A DNA stretch of 64,000 bases from the human T2T-CHM13v2.0 reference genome, Homo sapiens: the NCBI RefSeq assembly GCF_009914755.1, contig NC_060931.1. The stretch is one strand, 5' to 3'. The translations under genes and the position numbers were made by a program. Positions 31,851-49,011 of the stretch are shown here, in pieces. The number at the start of each line of letters is the position of its first letter. The stretch's first letter is position 1. The notes under the pieces are model-generated. The model was not told where the DNA came from. It did not search any database and worked only from the letters and a program-made list of their open reading frames with translations.

Positions 31851-33196
31851 CCCCTTTGTTCTAGTGAGGAGGCCCCACCAATCAGAGAAAAGATCTGTTT
31901 CTTGGTTTAAGAGTGATCATGGGAAATAGCAAAGAAAAGAAATGGGGCTGTAATATTAGTCCCTGTTCTTGGGATATTACGTAGTTTTGCCCCTGGACAG
32001 GCAAAGATTGATCAAGGGGCTAACAGAGGTAGGGGCTTGGGGCCTAGGAGAGCAGTTCTGAAGCAAGAATTGGGAAAATGGGAAGTCAGTATCCTAGTCT
32101 CTTTCCCTTACTACATTGTTCAAAGCCCTTTCACATTATCTACCTCACTGCGTGAATATGCATGATTAGAGATGTTATGTTCATTTTACCAGTGAGGACA
32201 CTAAAGACCACAGAGGGAAGGACCATAGGCAGGCAGTGGGTGGGTAAGCAGGCAGGACAAGAACTTGGGCCAAAAAGAGGGGGCAGGTAGGAGAGGCCAC
32301 AAAATGGCACAAAGCGCTGACCAGCACCATTGCCTCCTCCTGTGTCTCTGGACAGGATCTTGGAGGGGATGTCTCAGAGAAGAGCTGTAGTTTTTGTAGC
32401 TTACCTCTTGGTCCCTGTGCTCCCTTGGTTTGATGACTTAATCTTCACTGGAACCAGACACACAGGGTCCAAGCTGGTAGGATGACTGCCCACTCCTGAG
32501 CACCTAGTGACTAGATTTGGACTTCCTTGCTCACTACCTGAGATGCCTAACTCCATCAGATGATGAAGGAAGCTGCTGCCCTCCCCTCTCTTTTGTCTGA
32601 AGTAGCAACCCTCTCTGCTGAACATTCCTGGTTTCTTTGAATGCCATTCAAATCATAGTCTCCTTTGGTCACCTATTCTCTCCTGTGCTTGTATCATCAC
32701 AAGATTCTGAATTTTCTCCCTTGGCCCAACACCCTTTTCCTCCCATGCTGCATAAAACTTCCAGTTATGCTTTGGAAGTCCAGCTACATGATTTTTAGCA
32801 AACTTCCCTTTTTCCATAGACTGCTTCTTTATTGACAGTTCCTTGCCTCTCCTTATTTTAATTGTAACTTGGATTTCTCTTAAGGACATTGCTTCCTTTT
32901 TATCTCAAGTAGAAACTACTTATTCTCTCAAACTCTAAAGTACTTCAGAGTAAGAATGTGGTTTATAGAGTCTCCTCGCTCCTTCCGACTCCTTGAAAAC
33001 TGCTCTGCATTATTCCTCTCTTCATACTGGAAAATCTCTTGCTCCTTATGAGTTATCTTTAAACTAGGAAAGAAAACTTACTGGGAAATAAAAAAGTAAC
33101 ACCTTCCTTATAATGACCTAAATGAACAAAAATGTTAATTCATAGTTCAGAAAACTTTGTCTATTCAGAAAACAAGTATGTTCTCTATTCTCACTG

Positions 33197-33556
33197 TGTA
33201 TTAGTCTGTTCTCATGCCGCTAATAAAGATATACCTGAGACTGCGTAATTTACAAAGAAAAAGAGGTTTAACAAACTCACAGTTCCATGTGGCTGGAGAG
33301 GCCTCATAATCATGGCAAAAGGCAAAGGAGGAGCAAAGGCACATCTTACATGGTGGCAGGCAAGAGTGCATTTGCAGGGGAACTCCCCTTTATAAAACTA
33401 TCAGATCTTATGAGACTTATTACCATGAGAACAGCAAAGGAAAGACCCACCCCCATGATTCAATTACCTCCCACCAGGTCCCTCCCATGACATGTGGGAA
33501 TTGTGGGAGCTACAATTTAAGATAAGATTTGGGTGGGACACAGCCAAACCATATCA
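33197..33556 (-). mobile_element. THE1 solo LTR
   Basis: tgtattagtc...ccaaaccatatca; TSD cactg. Confidence 0.9.
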
Positions 33557-34364
33557 CACTGATTGTAAACAACAGCCAATAGATTGTTTACTTTTGACCA
33601 GGTTGAGGGAAGAGTCAACATATAGTTCCATAGAGCATGTTGCAGGCAGTGAGGGAAGAGAAAGCACAGGAATTTTTGAAGATCTTTCTAAGGTCCCTTC
33701 AATTTGGAGAATAGCACTTAAGAATCTGGGGAAGCCAAGAAAAGAAAGGAGCTCAGTTCCTCACCACAGAATGACACTGGTGGCAGGATCAAGAAATAGC
33801 AGGTGCCTACATGGACTTTGCATTATGGAGACCCAGGTCCTGCAAGCAGCCTGACCCATGGCTGGCTGAGTTACTTTCCACTAAGTAGACCACAGATCTG
33901 AAGGAAATATATGTGAGGATAAAGTTAACAGAGTGCCTAGTTTTCTTCCCAATCCATCAATTATTTGAAGAACTGGGCTCAGCAGGGCTTCTCCCAAGGT
34001 GCATGAAACCTGGGAGAACCACCATGCAGGGAGCCACAGTAGAGGCCAACATGTGGATAGTTTGGTGGCTCTGCCTCAAACAGAGGACAGAACAAATGAA
34101 ACAGAAACAAATATATTCTTAAAAATATTTTAGAAGAAATTTTCTCTAAAATGAAGGAAGGTAGCGATCATCTGATCAAGAAGAAAATTTACAATGGCTG
34201 GCTAATGCCACAACATTCTGGAAAACTTGCTGAACTACCAGGTTAAAGATAGCCTTATGAATGCTCCTGTCACCTATTAAGCTTAAAAACTGAGGCTGAA
34301 CTCACACATCTTCTAAGTAGCATTAAATGCTGGCAGATAATGGAGCAAGTTTCAGAGGAATGCC

Positions 34365-34547
34365 ACTTGGATGTGGTCTGCAGGCTGGCAGCTTCAGCAT
34401 CACTTGGGATCTTGTTAGAATGCCAAATCCTGGACCACTATCCCGGACATACTAATTTGAATTCTCTGGAGGTGGAACTCAGAAATCAGTGTCTTAATAT
34501 GCCCTCCAGGTGATTCAGATGCATGGCTAACGTATGAGAGGCACTGC
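34365..34547. mobile_element. MER5A hAT MITE
   Basis: cagcatcacttgggatcttgttagaatg..ccctccaggtgattc..gcactg. Confidence 0.7.
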
Positions 34548-35173
34548 TCCAAACTTTAGTAAAACAAACACATACAGCTCATGAATTTTACATCATGCTA
34601 GGTTGTCATTTGCATATGAAGGTAACAGACAGCCATCTCTTCTTTGTATAAAATCAGGAAGTATATTTCTCATGAGTATTTGAAACAGGAGGAATTGAAT
34701 AAAGGAATTCAGTTTCACTGTTGATGTAAGAGCTAAGATAACAAATGACATTAAGACACTTCAAGATTAGCCCAACAGCCAGTCCCTGGGCTGTCTGGAC
34801 AAAGGAGTCAGGCCAGGGGCCAGAGTTGCCTGAAGGAATCTGGAATCCTGGCAGGCCTGTCCAGTGGGGATGGAGATAGTGCTTTAGACAACGGGGAGCT
34901 GGTGCCTGAGATGCTGACTGAGATGGATTGGGAGAAAAAGACTCTGCTTCACCTTCCTCCATCCTTCCAGTTTCTTGCAGACATTCCTGTTGGCGAAATC
35001 TAGCTGAAAAATCAGCTGAGTCAAGAACCTATGGCTCAGGGCACAGCAGGGGAAGGGCAAGGAAGGACTCTGAGGGCCAGCAGGGCAGGGACTGGTACGA
35101 AGTCTATACCCAGTCTACCAAATGATAAATCAAACTAAGTCACAAATGGGGAAGGGTGTGAAAAGACCGGCAG

Positions 35174-35344
35174 CAGTGCCATCTTCCCAGGCTTAGGATG
35201 TGGTTGTAGAGGGCCTTGTGCTGAAACAGGCCTCAAGTGGCTTAATGCTCAGCTGTTGTCATCTGAAAATTCTTAATAATTTTTGAGGAAAGTCTCTACA
35301 TTTTCATTTTGAACTGGGCCTTAAAAATTCGGTGGCCACCCCTG
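35174..35344. mobile_element. MER91-like hAT MITE
   Basis: aaattcttaataattttt..cattttcattttgaactgggcc motif. Confidence 0.5.
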
Positions 35345-36209
35345 ACTGAGACTAAACAGTAAATTATTTAAAAATAGAAAAATAATGTTCATGGTACAGA
35401 ATGTAGATGTTATACCTATTTATCGAAAAGCTACATAATGTTAAAAATAACGATAACAGACACATAAAAATCCTAATATGTTCTGACGCAATCTTAAAGC
35501 TTATAGAAGGAAGTCTAAGTGGGTGAGCGCTGTCATCTTCCACAGGGAGAAGTAGATTTTGTTTTGCTTTATGAGGTTGAATGAAGATGACTTGGAATGT
35601 TCACTTTTAAGTATGTTACTTAAAGTTGAAACAAGATCAGTCTTAATAATTTTCAAATTACCACAGGGAGAAGAGTGAGATGACCTAAAAAAAAAATATA
35701 TAGGCCATGTAGCAAAGATACAAACTAAGAAAGCACACTTAAACAAAATGAGAATGAAACTGTCTCTGGTAATACCTGCAAATGGTATTTACTCAAGTAT
35801 TGAATCACAAAATTAAACCCAATGAGTTAATGTCTGTATGAGATACAATTAAAACGGTGCATCTTGTCGACACTAATATTAGTGTCGACAAGAGATACTC
35901 CTAAAGCAAGTGCAATCGAAATTTTAAATAAACAGATGGGCAAAATATGTCAGGGGAAACTTGCCAAAGAGTGTTACTTTGTTGATGAAAAGTGTCAAAC
36001 TCTGTAAAATATTTGAAAAGATTTATTCTGAGCCAAATATGAGTAACCATGGCCTGTGACACAGCCTTCAGGAGATTCTGAGAACGTGTGCCCAAGGTGG
36101 TTGAGGTGGAGCTTGGTTTTATACATTTTAGGGAGGCATGACACATCAACCAAATACATTTAAGATATGCATTGGTTCGGTCCAGAAAGGTATAACAACT
36201 TGAAGGCAG

Positions 36210-37217
36210 TGTCATTAGGGGCGTCGAATATCCAAATACAGACAGTGAATCATACAGGTCTGCAGTAACCTTAATTCTTGCCTCCTCAGAAGAAAGAATT
36301 TGACTGAGAGCTTAAGGCAGAAAAAGAGACAGAGGCAAGTTTCAGAGCAGGAGTGGAAGGGGTTTTTGTTTGTTTGTTTGTTTGTTTGTTTTTTGAGATG
36401 AGTCTCGCTCTTTCGTCCAGGCTGTTGTGAAGTGGTGCGATCTCGGCTCACTGCAACCTCCGCCCGCCCCGGGTTGAAGTGATTCTCCTGCCTCAGCCTC
36501 CTGAGTAGCTGGGATTACAGGTGCCCACCACCAAGCCCTGCTAATTTTTGTATTTTTAGTAGAGACAGGGTTTTGCCATGTTGGCCAGGCTGGTCTTGAA
36601 CTCCTGATCTCAGGTGATCCACCAGCCTCAGCCTCCCAAAGTTCTGGGATTAGAGACGTGAGCCACCATGCCCAGCCTGGAAGTTTATTAAAAAGATGTA
36701 GAGCACGAAAGAAAGCAAAATACACTTAGAAGAACAAGTGAGGCATTTGACCTTTGGACTTGGGGTTTTACATGCCGGCATATTTCCCGGGTCTTGCGTC
36801 CCTTTTCCCATGATTCTTCCCTTAGGGTGGGCCACCACATGTGCGGTGCCCTCCTTGTGCTCGGGAGGTGAGCACGCACAGTGTGTTTAAGAAGCTGTAC
36901 AAATGCCTGCCTGAGGCTTTCTTCCCTTTTCCGGTGGAATCCCCCTGGAAGGTCATATTCCACCTTTTGTCTCTTAATTTGCACGCCCCAGCTGACTCGC
37001 CCAACTCCTGAAAGCTGCCGATTACCAGTCACAGGTGTTTCCTATCAACATAGGGAGATTGCCTTTCCCTGGTGCTGGCTGCGACCAATTATTATTTTCC
37101 AGTGACAGTTAACAACCGCCTGACCATCACCTGATGGTCACCTGACTTTCCTGGTAGGGGTGCGGGGGAAGCCCTCTCCTGCCCGACCCCATGCCTGGCT
37201 AGCTATCTCCTGTAACG
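36210..37217 (-). mobile_element. MER50-like ERV1 LTR nested in MER4
   Basis: cctcctcagaagaaagaatttgactgag and aaccgcctgaccatcacctgatggtc motifs. Confidence 0.65.
36363..36677 (-). mobile_element. AluS inside the MER50-like LTR
   Basis: Full Alu with (TTTG)n tail; tggaag flanking repeat. Confidence 0.9.
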
Positions 37218-37264
37218 AGGGGCTTCCAGGTTATACAGGTAGATTTAAAATTTTTCTGATTGGC

Positions 37265-37629
<365 letters not shown>

Positions 37630-38124
37630 TTATGATAAGAGGTTGTGGAGATCAAAATTGTATCATGTAGATGAGGCCTCCACGTAGCAGGCTTCACAGA
37701 CAGTGGATTGTAAATGTTTCTTATCAGACTTAGGATGTGTGTTACTGTTAATGCTGGAAGGTATAATGAGGCATGTCCAACCCCAACTTCCCATCACAGC
37801 CTGAACCAATCCTTCAGGTTAACTTGTAGACTGCCCTGGCCTAGGAGGAAGTCCATTCAAATGGTTGGGGGGCCCTTAGAATTTTATTTTTGGTTTACAA
37901 CTTTATGTGGTTGAAGAGTCAAGTTCATAAGAGATTCCTAATTGTCATGAAGCCATAGCATCAAAACATCATGTGAGCAATTCTTTTCATTTATAAGCTA
38001 TTCTTGAAAAAGTTTATGAAAATGTAATATGCCAAAGCTGATAAACCCTTTAAGTTACAAAGCGAATTTCATTCCAAGAGAGCTACTGTGTGGCAATATT
38101 TCTAACTACACCTTACCTTCTGGG

Positions 38125-38757
<633 letters not shown>

Positions 38758-39069
38758 ATGTTCCAGTGTCTGGAACTATATTTATTAATATAGTTTCAAT
38801 GTAGTTCATGTAGTTTCATTAATTTTGCTTTACTTTCATAATAAATGCCTGAAGGAAACTGAGGATTTGCTACTTGGTTACCTCTGATAAATTCCATCTT
38901 TATTGCATTAGAATTAATCTTATGAAAAAGCTACAGTTCTTACCATCAGCATCAACCCCTTTATGTTTAGATGTTACGATCATTTTTATAAAATAATAAA
39001 GGTGAGATCAAATTAATATTCAGATAATTTCATAAGACAAGAGAGTAATAGTATCAGAAATGAACTCTA

Positions 39070-39205
39070 AGCCAGGCATGGTGGCTCACATCTGTAATCT
39101 CAGCACTTTGGGAGGCAAAGGCAGGAAGACTGCTTGAGGCCAGGAGTTTGAGACCAGCCTGGGCAACACAGCGAAACCGTCTCTGCTGAAAGGAAAAAAA
39201 AAAAA
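39070..39205 (+). mobile_element. FLAM / Alu left monomer
   Basis: Single Alu arm followed by A-rich tail. Confidence 0.8.
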
Positions 39206-39679
39206 GGAAGTGGACCGTTGACTGGCTGATAGGCACCCCCACCATGAAAAACAACTCAGAGAGTTTTGAGGTCAGTTTGTGTAGGAAAGTCTGAATTCAG
39301 CACATCAGAGCTGATGTAGAGGAATCAAAAGTCATTTAACAAAGTTTAACTTTTATGAAAATCAGATGTAAAGAAGTCAAGGATTATCTATAAGAATCCT
39401 GCTGAAAATATAGAATGTGACAATAATACAAGCATAGTAACATAAATCTCTTCCAGTCATTGACAGATTACACAGTAAAAAATTGTTACAGCTGAATAAT
39501 GCTATATTATATATACTTACATATATAGTATTATTCATATATGTATAAATAGATACAGATAAATAGATATAAACCTATAAATATCCTATCCCTTTCTTTG
39601 AAAATATACCTCCTTTAAGAAAAATATAAACATATCTTCTGATTGGGCCCAAAGATTCAATAATGTGGAGGTGTTCCAT

Positions 39680-40042
39680 TGTATTAGACCATTTTCACAC
39701 TGCTGATAAAGACATACCCAAGACTGGGTAATTTATAAAGAAAAAGAAGGTTAATGGACTCACAGTTCCACGTGTCTGGGGAGGCTTCACAATCATGGCA
39801 GAAGGCAAAAGCCATGTCTTACATGGCGGCAGGCAAAGAGAGAATCAGAGCCAAGTGAAAGGGGTTTCCTCTTATAAAACCATCAGATCTCATGAGACTT
39901 ATTCACTAAGATGAGAACAGTATCAGGGAAACCGCCCCCATGATTCAATTACTTCCCACTGGGTCCCTCCCACGACACATGGGAATTATGGGAGCTACAA
40001 TTCAAGCTGAGATTTGGGTGGGGACACAGCCAAACCATATCA
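39680..40042 (-). mobile_element. THE1B-like solo LTR
   Basis: tgtattagacc...ccaaaccatatca; TSD tccat/cccat. Confidence 0.88.
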
Positions 40043-40657
40043 CCCATCTTCTCAAATCTACAAACAAATTAAATGCAGTTGCAAACAAAAATACTTACTT
40101 TTGTGATTTGATCAAATAGTTTAAAAGGTCTTGTAAAATAATGTATAACTGAGAAGTGCCAGAAGACATTCTAAAAATAAAAAATAATGAGATAGGTTTG
40201 TCCTTTGCACATAGAAACACATGAAATCATAGCAATTAAAATAGTACAGGGAAAGGATTAGACAATGAATGAATCACAGAAAATTGGTATATGATAAATG
40301 ATCACTTAGAATAGGTGTGGGAATTCAGTCAATAGCAAACTACTTCAGAAAAATAAAGGCTAATTCCTATCTCACTTCTTAAATCCAACAAAAATACAAA
40401 ATGGATCAAAGTTTGTAGCATAAAAAAGAAAATCATATATATATTCATCTACATTACCTTGGCTTACTACTACAATTTGCATTTTGTGGCTTGTTTACGC
40501 TTATGTGTTTAATCCATCTAGTGATATCTATTTTTGTTCTTCTAGTTCTAAAATGCTTTTAATTTCTGCTATTCTCATTACTGTCTTTTTCAAACATTTC
40601 TCAACATTCTCACAGGTTTTCTTTCTAATCACTCACAGGTTTATTCTCATATATTGA

Positions 40658-42291
<1,634 letters not shown>

Positions 42292-42494
42292 AGAACTTGT
42301 TTTTATTATGTTTTAAAAGCAGTCTTTAGGGATTTTGATTGGAGTTGTGTAAAATACACAGATGAATGTGGGAAAAATTGGTACCTTTATAATTTGTCTT
42401 TCCAACCAGAAATCAGAAATATCGCTTCATTGATTCAATTATACAAGTATCTCCGTAACTTTAGTTGTTTTCTTCAATATTCGCCTTTCACATT

Positions 42495-42727
42495 TCTTTT
42501 TCTTTTCTTTTTTTTTCTTTTTTTTTTTTTTTTTTTTTTTTTTTTGAGACATTGTCTTACTCTGTCACCCAGGCTGAAATGTAGTGGTGCATTCATATCT
42601 CAATTTTTTAGAGATGGGGGCTCGATATGTTACCTAGGCTGGTCTGGAATTCCTGGCCTCAAGCAATCCTCCCGCCTCAACCACCCAAAGTGCTGGGATT
42701 TAGAGGCATGAGCCATCACACCCAGCC
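42495..42727 (-). mobile_element. Internally deleted AluJ
   Basis: Right-arm end fused to left arm; long T tail. Confidence 0.75.
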
Positions 42728-45700
42728 TCTCATTTCTTTTTTAATTTGCTTCTAGGTGTCTTACAATATAGGTTTCTATCATATTTTCTTTCTTCCTGGA
42801 GTTTGCTTGCAAAGTTTCGACTTAATCGTGCTCCTCAGTTTTATGGTCGGATGGCTTGTCATTTTTGTGGGTTTGTCTATCCATTAGTTATTAGTTGTTG
42901 TGCCATTGGGGGTGCGTACATAGGCAGTGATCTCTTGAATGGCTGCATCAGTCTTAGTCTTCCTGGTTTCTCACTTGCAACATGCACCTTCAGGTACCCT
43001 CAAATGTCTCAGTGGTGAATTCCATGCAGGCTAGGGAACTCCTTCCTCTGCAAATTCCCCTCACTTCAGGAACTTGGCTCCTTAATTCCTAGCTGCCTTG
43101 GTAGCCCTGAACAATTTGGGCCTGCCCAAGCTGGTGAGACCGTATCAGCCTCTGGTTCATTTTGGACTCTGTTGGGCCTCTAGGCCTGCAGTGTGGATTG
43201 GCAAATGCTCTGCAGGTACAAAGCTTTGGAGGAGGCCCAGCTCACCTCTGTGAGTTTCCTTTCTCTCTCCTAAGCCCTGACTACCTTGCTTGCCCTCTGA
43301 TATCTCCAAACAGTTTTGTTTTGTTTTTTCATGGGAGTCCTGGAGGTGGCATTTTTTTTCCAGCTTTTAGAGTTGAGTAAGTCAGATTATCAGCCACTCT
43401 GTCAAAGCCAAACACAAGCCCATCCGACCAGCTTCTAATTGGTTAAACTACACTGCATCCTTTCACTTCAGTTCTCAACTGTGATCACATTTTTATCAAG
43501 TGGGAAATGAAAGTTAAGGAAATAAATGGTTCTAAACAGGAAACTTGGATAATGTAGTGAAGATCACATGACAAGGCAGACGTCTGTTTTCAGAATTTAA
43601 GGTTTTGAAGAATATTTCCTAATTGAAAATCTAGCTTGGTAAGGTGAGTCTCTGCCCTCATGTCCCCACCAAATCCACTTTGTTCCATGATCCTGCAGGT
43701 ACCAAGACTAGGATAACAGAAAGAGGCCTCTGATAGTGAAGAAAGGGACAATCACTCTATCACATGGTAGCACACAGAAGATATGCCTAAGGCTGGTTGC
43801 AGGTGTGAAGGACCTCTGTCTATTGGGTAACCAGCTCCCTTCACTTCTCTGGATCATTCTGACTGAACCAAGTGGAGCTGACAGAAGCTGTCCTCGAGTC
43901 CCCGGGGCATGGGTGGCAGCCGGTGGGCTCCAATGAGGCCATTTGGGGGAGAGGAAGAAAGAATTGGAATGGGTTTCCCTGCTGAGTGTGATGGGGAGGC
44001 CATGTGTGATTGAAGGGATTAGCTTTATTTGGAGCTTTAGCTATTATACCTGACTGGCTTTGAGTGTGACCAGGTGGCTTCAAATAGGAACACCCTGTGT
44101 TCCGAATCAAGCCAACTCATGGGTGCATCTGATTGGCAGGCTATAATTTCCTTGAAGTCTGTTTCAGAAAGGTAGGCTTTCCACAGTGGGGAACTAGTCA
44201 AAGGTAGAAAGGGCATTCAAAAGATTTGGAGCACTTGTGAATGATAGGACTCCCCAAGAGATAGAGACACCAGGGACAGAAAGCATCAAAAAATGACTGT
44301 TTCTGATTAAAATACAAAGGAAGAAAAAGAAATCTTAAACACTTCCAGAAACAGATGAGGCAATGACGTTTATGACTCATTAAGGGATTATTCTGGGCCA
44401 AGCTGTTTAAATCCTTACCACAAGTCTTGGAGGCAGGCATTGTTATCCCCATTTTATAGGGAGAAACTGAGGTGTCAAGAGGTGAAGTGAACCGTCCCAG
44501 ACCCCACAGGTTATACATGACAGGGCCAGTATAACACAAATGTCTCCGTCTGAAACCTGAGCCACTCACTGCCACTCCATACTGTCTCTCCCTTTGGGGT
44601 AGATCTCAGTGGCTGGAGAGTCTCTCTGTTCAACGTTGGTGTTGACAATCACAACAAAGTTAAGTGAGGTTTGGCAAGTGGATGTCCCGTATGTAGAAAG
44701 ATTTCACTGGACATACTCTTTTTTAAAATTTTTATGACTCCAAGGGAAAATACAAATTACTTTTTAAAAGTTCAGGTATGTGGATAACTTCATTTTTGTG
44801 ACAAGTGAAAGAATGCCCTGAAATTGTATATGAATGCAAATCAGTGTGGTATTTTATATCAATTACATGACAGACATGACTCACATAAATATGGAAGAAG
44901 GAGTGGCCATTTACTAGCATCCTTGGAAAATAGAAAGCAGTGTCCCTTGAACAAAATTTCATTTTACCTGGACTGTGTTTAACTAACAGCCAGCATAGGA
45001 ATCACCTGGCAACGAGCCTGGGATCTTGAGATCGCAGCACTGGAACTACAGGAACTTTCTCAAGCTCTGTGGAAAAATCTGCCTGGTAAGAGCTAAAAAC
45101 GTCCCATTGGTCCAATTTTAGAACTTTCCCTCTGAGTCTTTTAGAAGTAACAGAAACCCAGAGGGGAAAGCAGGGAGAAATGGAAAGAGCTGTGACCCAG
45201 AAGCGGAGAGGGGCTCCGTCAAGCCTGGGTCTGGTACTCCTTAGCTTCAGCAAGTCACGTCACCTTTCCAGCCTGTTTCCCTTTTCTGTAAAATACAAGT
45301 TAATATGACAATATAATTAATATATTAAAATATATAAAATCCCAGATTTTAATAATATGCTATTCAAATATAATATGCTTTTTAAATATACTAATATGCT
45401 TGTAGTGTTTCTCAAGTTCATCTCACCACATGTCCCTTGTTTTCTGAGCTCGCTGGGGGATTGATGCTCCACGGAGCGCTGCTGGGAAACGCTGGACCAG
45501 AGCCAGTTCCAAAGACTTCCTTCTGAAAATCCTAGGTTTGTTCTGCAGGTGTGGCCTAACAGCTCCATCTTTTTTGTGTTCAGAAACATTCATCCTGTGC
45601 TATCACATGCGGCATCGCCTCAGGTAAGACAAGCAGAACAGGGAGCAAAGGAAAACTTTCATTCATTAACTCAACACACATTGAGTGCCCACTAGGGTCA

Positions 45701-46034
45701 AGTATGAGGCCCCATCTTGGCAATGGATTTTAGAGACCACAGACAAGCAAGGGTCTGTGGAGAAGTCTTTCCATCTGTAGTTTCCAAGGAGTCCTGAGAC
45801 TTGGAATCCACTGCTGTGTTTGAAGGGTTTGCGCTGGGTTGAGGAGGAGAGTTTACCTGGACTATGCTTGTACGGAGGTGTATGGCAACAACATAATATC
45901 GAGACAAAAGCAGAGCCAGAATTGCTAACCACAGGCCAAGAAAACCAATGACATATCTAGGGGAAACTGGAAATATTTACTCCAAAGTATTAACAGTGAT
46001 TACCATGAAGTGTTGTAATTAGGAGCAGCTTTAA

Positions 46035-46350
<316 letters not shown>

Positions 46351-47615
46351 ACTTAATTTTTTTTTTTAATGAACATGTGTAGCTTTTGTGATCAGAGGAA
46401 GATAAAACAGCTATGTTTTATCAATACCTCTATGCTTATTAAATACCTCAATGTTCGATTTTTAAAAAAATGATGGTCAAGACACTGGACTAACTGACAA
46501 AATCATTTCAGCCTCAGGAAGCTTCCAGGGAAAATAGGAAATAGACAAACGATTTGATATTTAGTTTTTAAATAGTATAAAAAGAGACTACAGATGAAAG
46601 ATTTGGAGCTCTCACCTGAAATCTTATGGGAGTGATTATACATGGCGATGCCAAAGGGCAGGCTGCCACGGTGGACACTTAAAACAGTTTTCTCCCCAAC
46701 ACTGGGCATGTGCCCTAACGCGACATACAAGCTTATAAATATCTACGTTTGCATTTATAAGCTAGACAACTTTAATTACTTTTTTCAGTTATAGCTCTTT
46801 CTGTGAAGTCTTACTTCAGTTGACAGCTGAAGTCACCTCAAGTGGGAGGTGTGGCCTCATGTGCCCACTCATGGGCCACACATGCTTGGCCTTCTGACTC
46901 CGCACTAGTGTAAACCATCTACACCCTTACATTGGATCCAAGAGCCAACACTGCTCTGTTAACAGCCCACCTCTCCCAGTCTTTGGCCAATAAGCACCAG
47001 AGAGAAAGTCACAGTCTCAGAGATGGACGGGCACTGACTTGTTCTCTGACCTCATCAGGCTCCTCACACAGCCTTGCATGACAGCTTATCCTCCATTCCT
47101 TGGCAGCAGCCTGAAACCCTCAAACTTGAATACAGCGCCCAGCTCTCCTTTTCCTACTCTGTTTTTAACAAACCGCATCTTCTTCTTTTTCTCGAAGAAA
47201 CGAGCAGTCTTTGGGCAGAACTCACTCACCTTCCTGCATCCCCCTCTATCAATTGGTCTGTGTCCCCCACTCTCCCCACCGGGGAAGGGACGTCTCAGCA
47301 CCTCCTGTGCCTGTCCCCTGGGCCACTCCCTCTCACTCCCGTCTCTGCAGGCCCTCACTGCTTCTCTTCACTCTGTGTCTCCAGCCACTCCCTCTACTTG
47401 CCTCTTTCCTGCAAGCATTAAAGGTGCTCAAGCCTCCTCCATCTGAAACAAACTCTCCTTCAAGTCCGTGTCCTCCCCTGGTCCTTTCTTCCTTTGCCCT
47501 ATTCTTTCTGTTTGAGACCTGGTGAGTTTGAAGTGACTGAGAAGGGTCACAGTGGATATATCTAGTAGGATTTGGATATGCGAGTCTGAAGTTTTGGAAG
47601 GCTACCTGGGCTAAC

Positions 47616-47652
47616 GGCATGGAATTAGGCATGGAATTAGGGCATGGAATTA
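47616..47652. repeat. 3 x GGCATGGAATTA tandem repeat
   Basis: Direct reading; one extra G between units 2 and 3. Confidence 0.9.
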
Positions 47653-47992
47653 ACTAGCAAACAAAAGATGATCATCAAAAATGCGAGAGTGAAGGTGATG
47701 GCCCAGGGATGTGGTTTAGAGACCAGAGGTCTAAGGTAGTGAAACCCCTCAGGTGCCACAACTTTATGAAGCTTGAAGCCACCTACCCCAGAAGAACTTT
47801 CTTAAATCTTTAAAAATTATAACAACATATATTGAGCAATAAATATGTACCAGTCATTGTTCTAAATGCTTCATAATTTTCACAAACAACAGGTATATAT
47901 TATCAATGACTTCACTTTACTGAAGAGGAAAATGTGGCTCATAAACGTTGTGTAACTTTGGAAGAGTTGCAGCTAAGCAAATAATGAAACCT

Positions 47993-48301
47993 GGCCAGGC
48001 ATGGTGGCTCATGCCTGTAATCCCAGCACTTTCGGAGGCTAAGGCGGGCAGATCACTTGAACTTAGGAGTTAGAGACCATCCTGGGCAACATGCTGAAAT
48101 CCTGTCTCTACAAAAAAAAGCAAAAAACAAAAATTAGCCAGGCGTGGTGGTGTGTGCCTGTAGTCCTAGCTACCTGGGACTATAGGCGCCTCCCTGAGCC
48201 TGGGAGGCGGAGGTTGCAGTGAGCCGAGCCACGGCACTCCAGCCTGGGTGACACAGTGTCAAAATAATAATAATAATAATAATAATGTCTCAAAATAATA
48301 A
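47993..48301 (+). mobile_element. AluJ/S with duplicated (AAT)n tail
   Basis: TSD aataatgaaacc. Confidence 0.85.
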
Positions 48302-48931
48302 TAATAATGAAACCCATGTCATGGCATTCTAAAATCGGCTTGTGTTCCATATTCTATAAAATAACTTCTTGACAGGGAGCAGATTAGATGATATGAGAGA
48401 TCAAGAGAGTTTTTACTTAATTTGTGTGTACACATACATAGAGTTAATGATAAAAAATGCTTTATAAATAATTGCTTATAAGGATTAATTTGCCCAAGAA
48501 CTTCATCAATATACAAACTATAAAGGATCATGAAATTATTTTAAAAATTATTTACAAATTTATTTAGCAACTATTTATTGAGTGTTTTCATAAGTCAGGT
48601 CTGATGCTGAATAGCACAAATATAAAGATGGGCTAGAGGCAGCCCCAGATCTCTGGGGGCTCCCTGTCTTGTGAGGGATACAGCTGTGCACATACTGACT
48701 GCAATGAGGAAAAAGCCACGAAAGAAGTCACTAGAAGACAAGCAGCCTCGTGCTTGGGCTCCAGAGTCAGGCGGATTGAGCCTTTGTTGTTTTATTCCAA
48801 CAGAAAAGGAACACTAAGTCTCATTGCATTGTTGCAGAGATTACAGGGGATGGTATGCACAGACTCCCAAAGGCAATCCATGAATGGCAGTGGACACTTT
48901 AGGATGATCACGAAAATAATGGTTAGTATTA

Positions 48932-49011
48932 TTAAGTCAGTGTAAACACAATTGTGGTTTTTGCCATTGAAAGTAATGGCAAAAACCACAATTACGTTTG
49001 CACCAACCTAA
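48932..49011. mobile_element. MADE1 (Hsmar1-derived 80-bp MITE)
   Basis: 80-bp palindromic element (caattgtggtttttgccatt-gaaagt-aatggcaaaaaccacaatt) flanked by TA. Confidence 0.88.

Noticed and set aside
47616-47652. Short direct repeats as a CRISPR-like array
   Set aside because: No spacers; simple slippage repeat in eukaryotic DNA.
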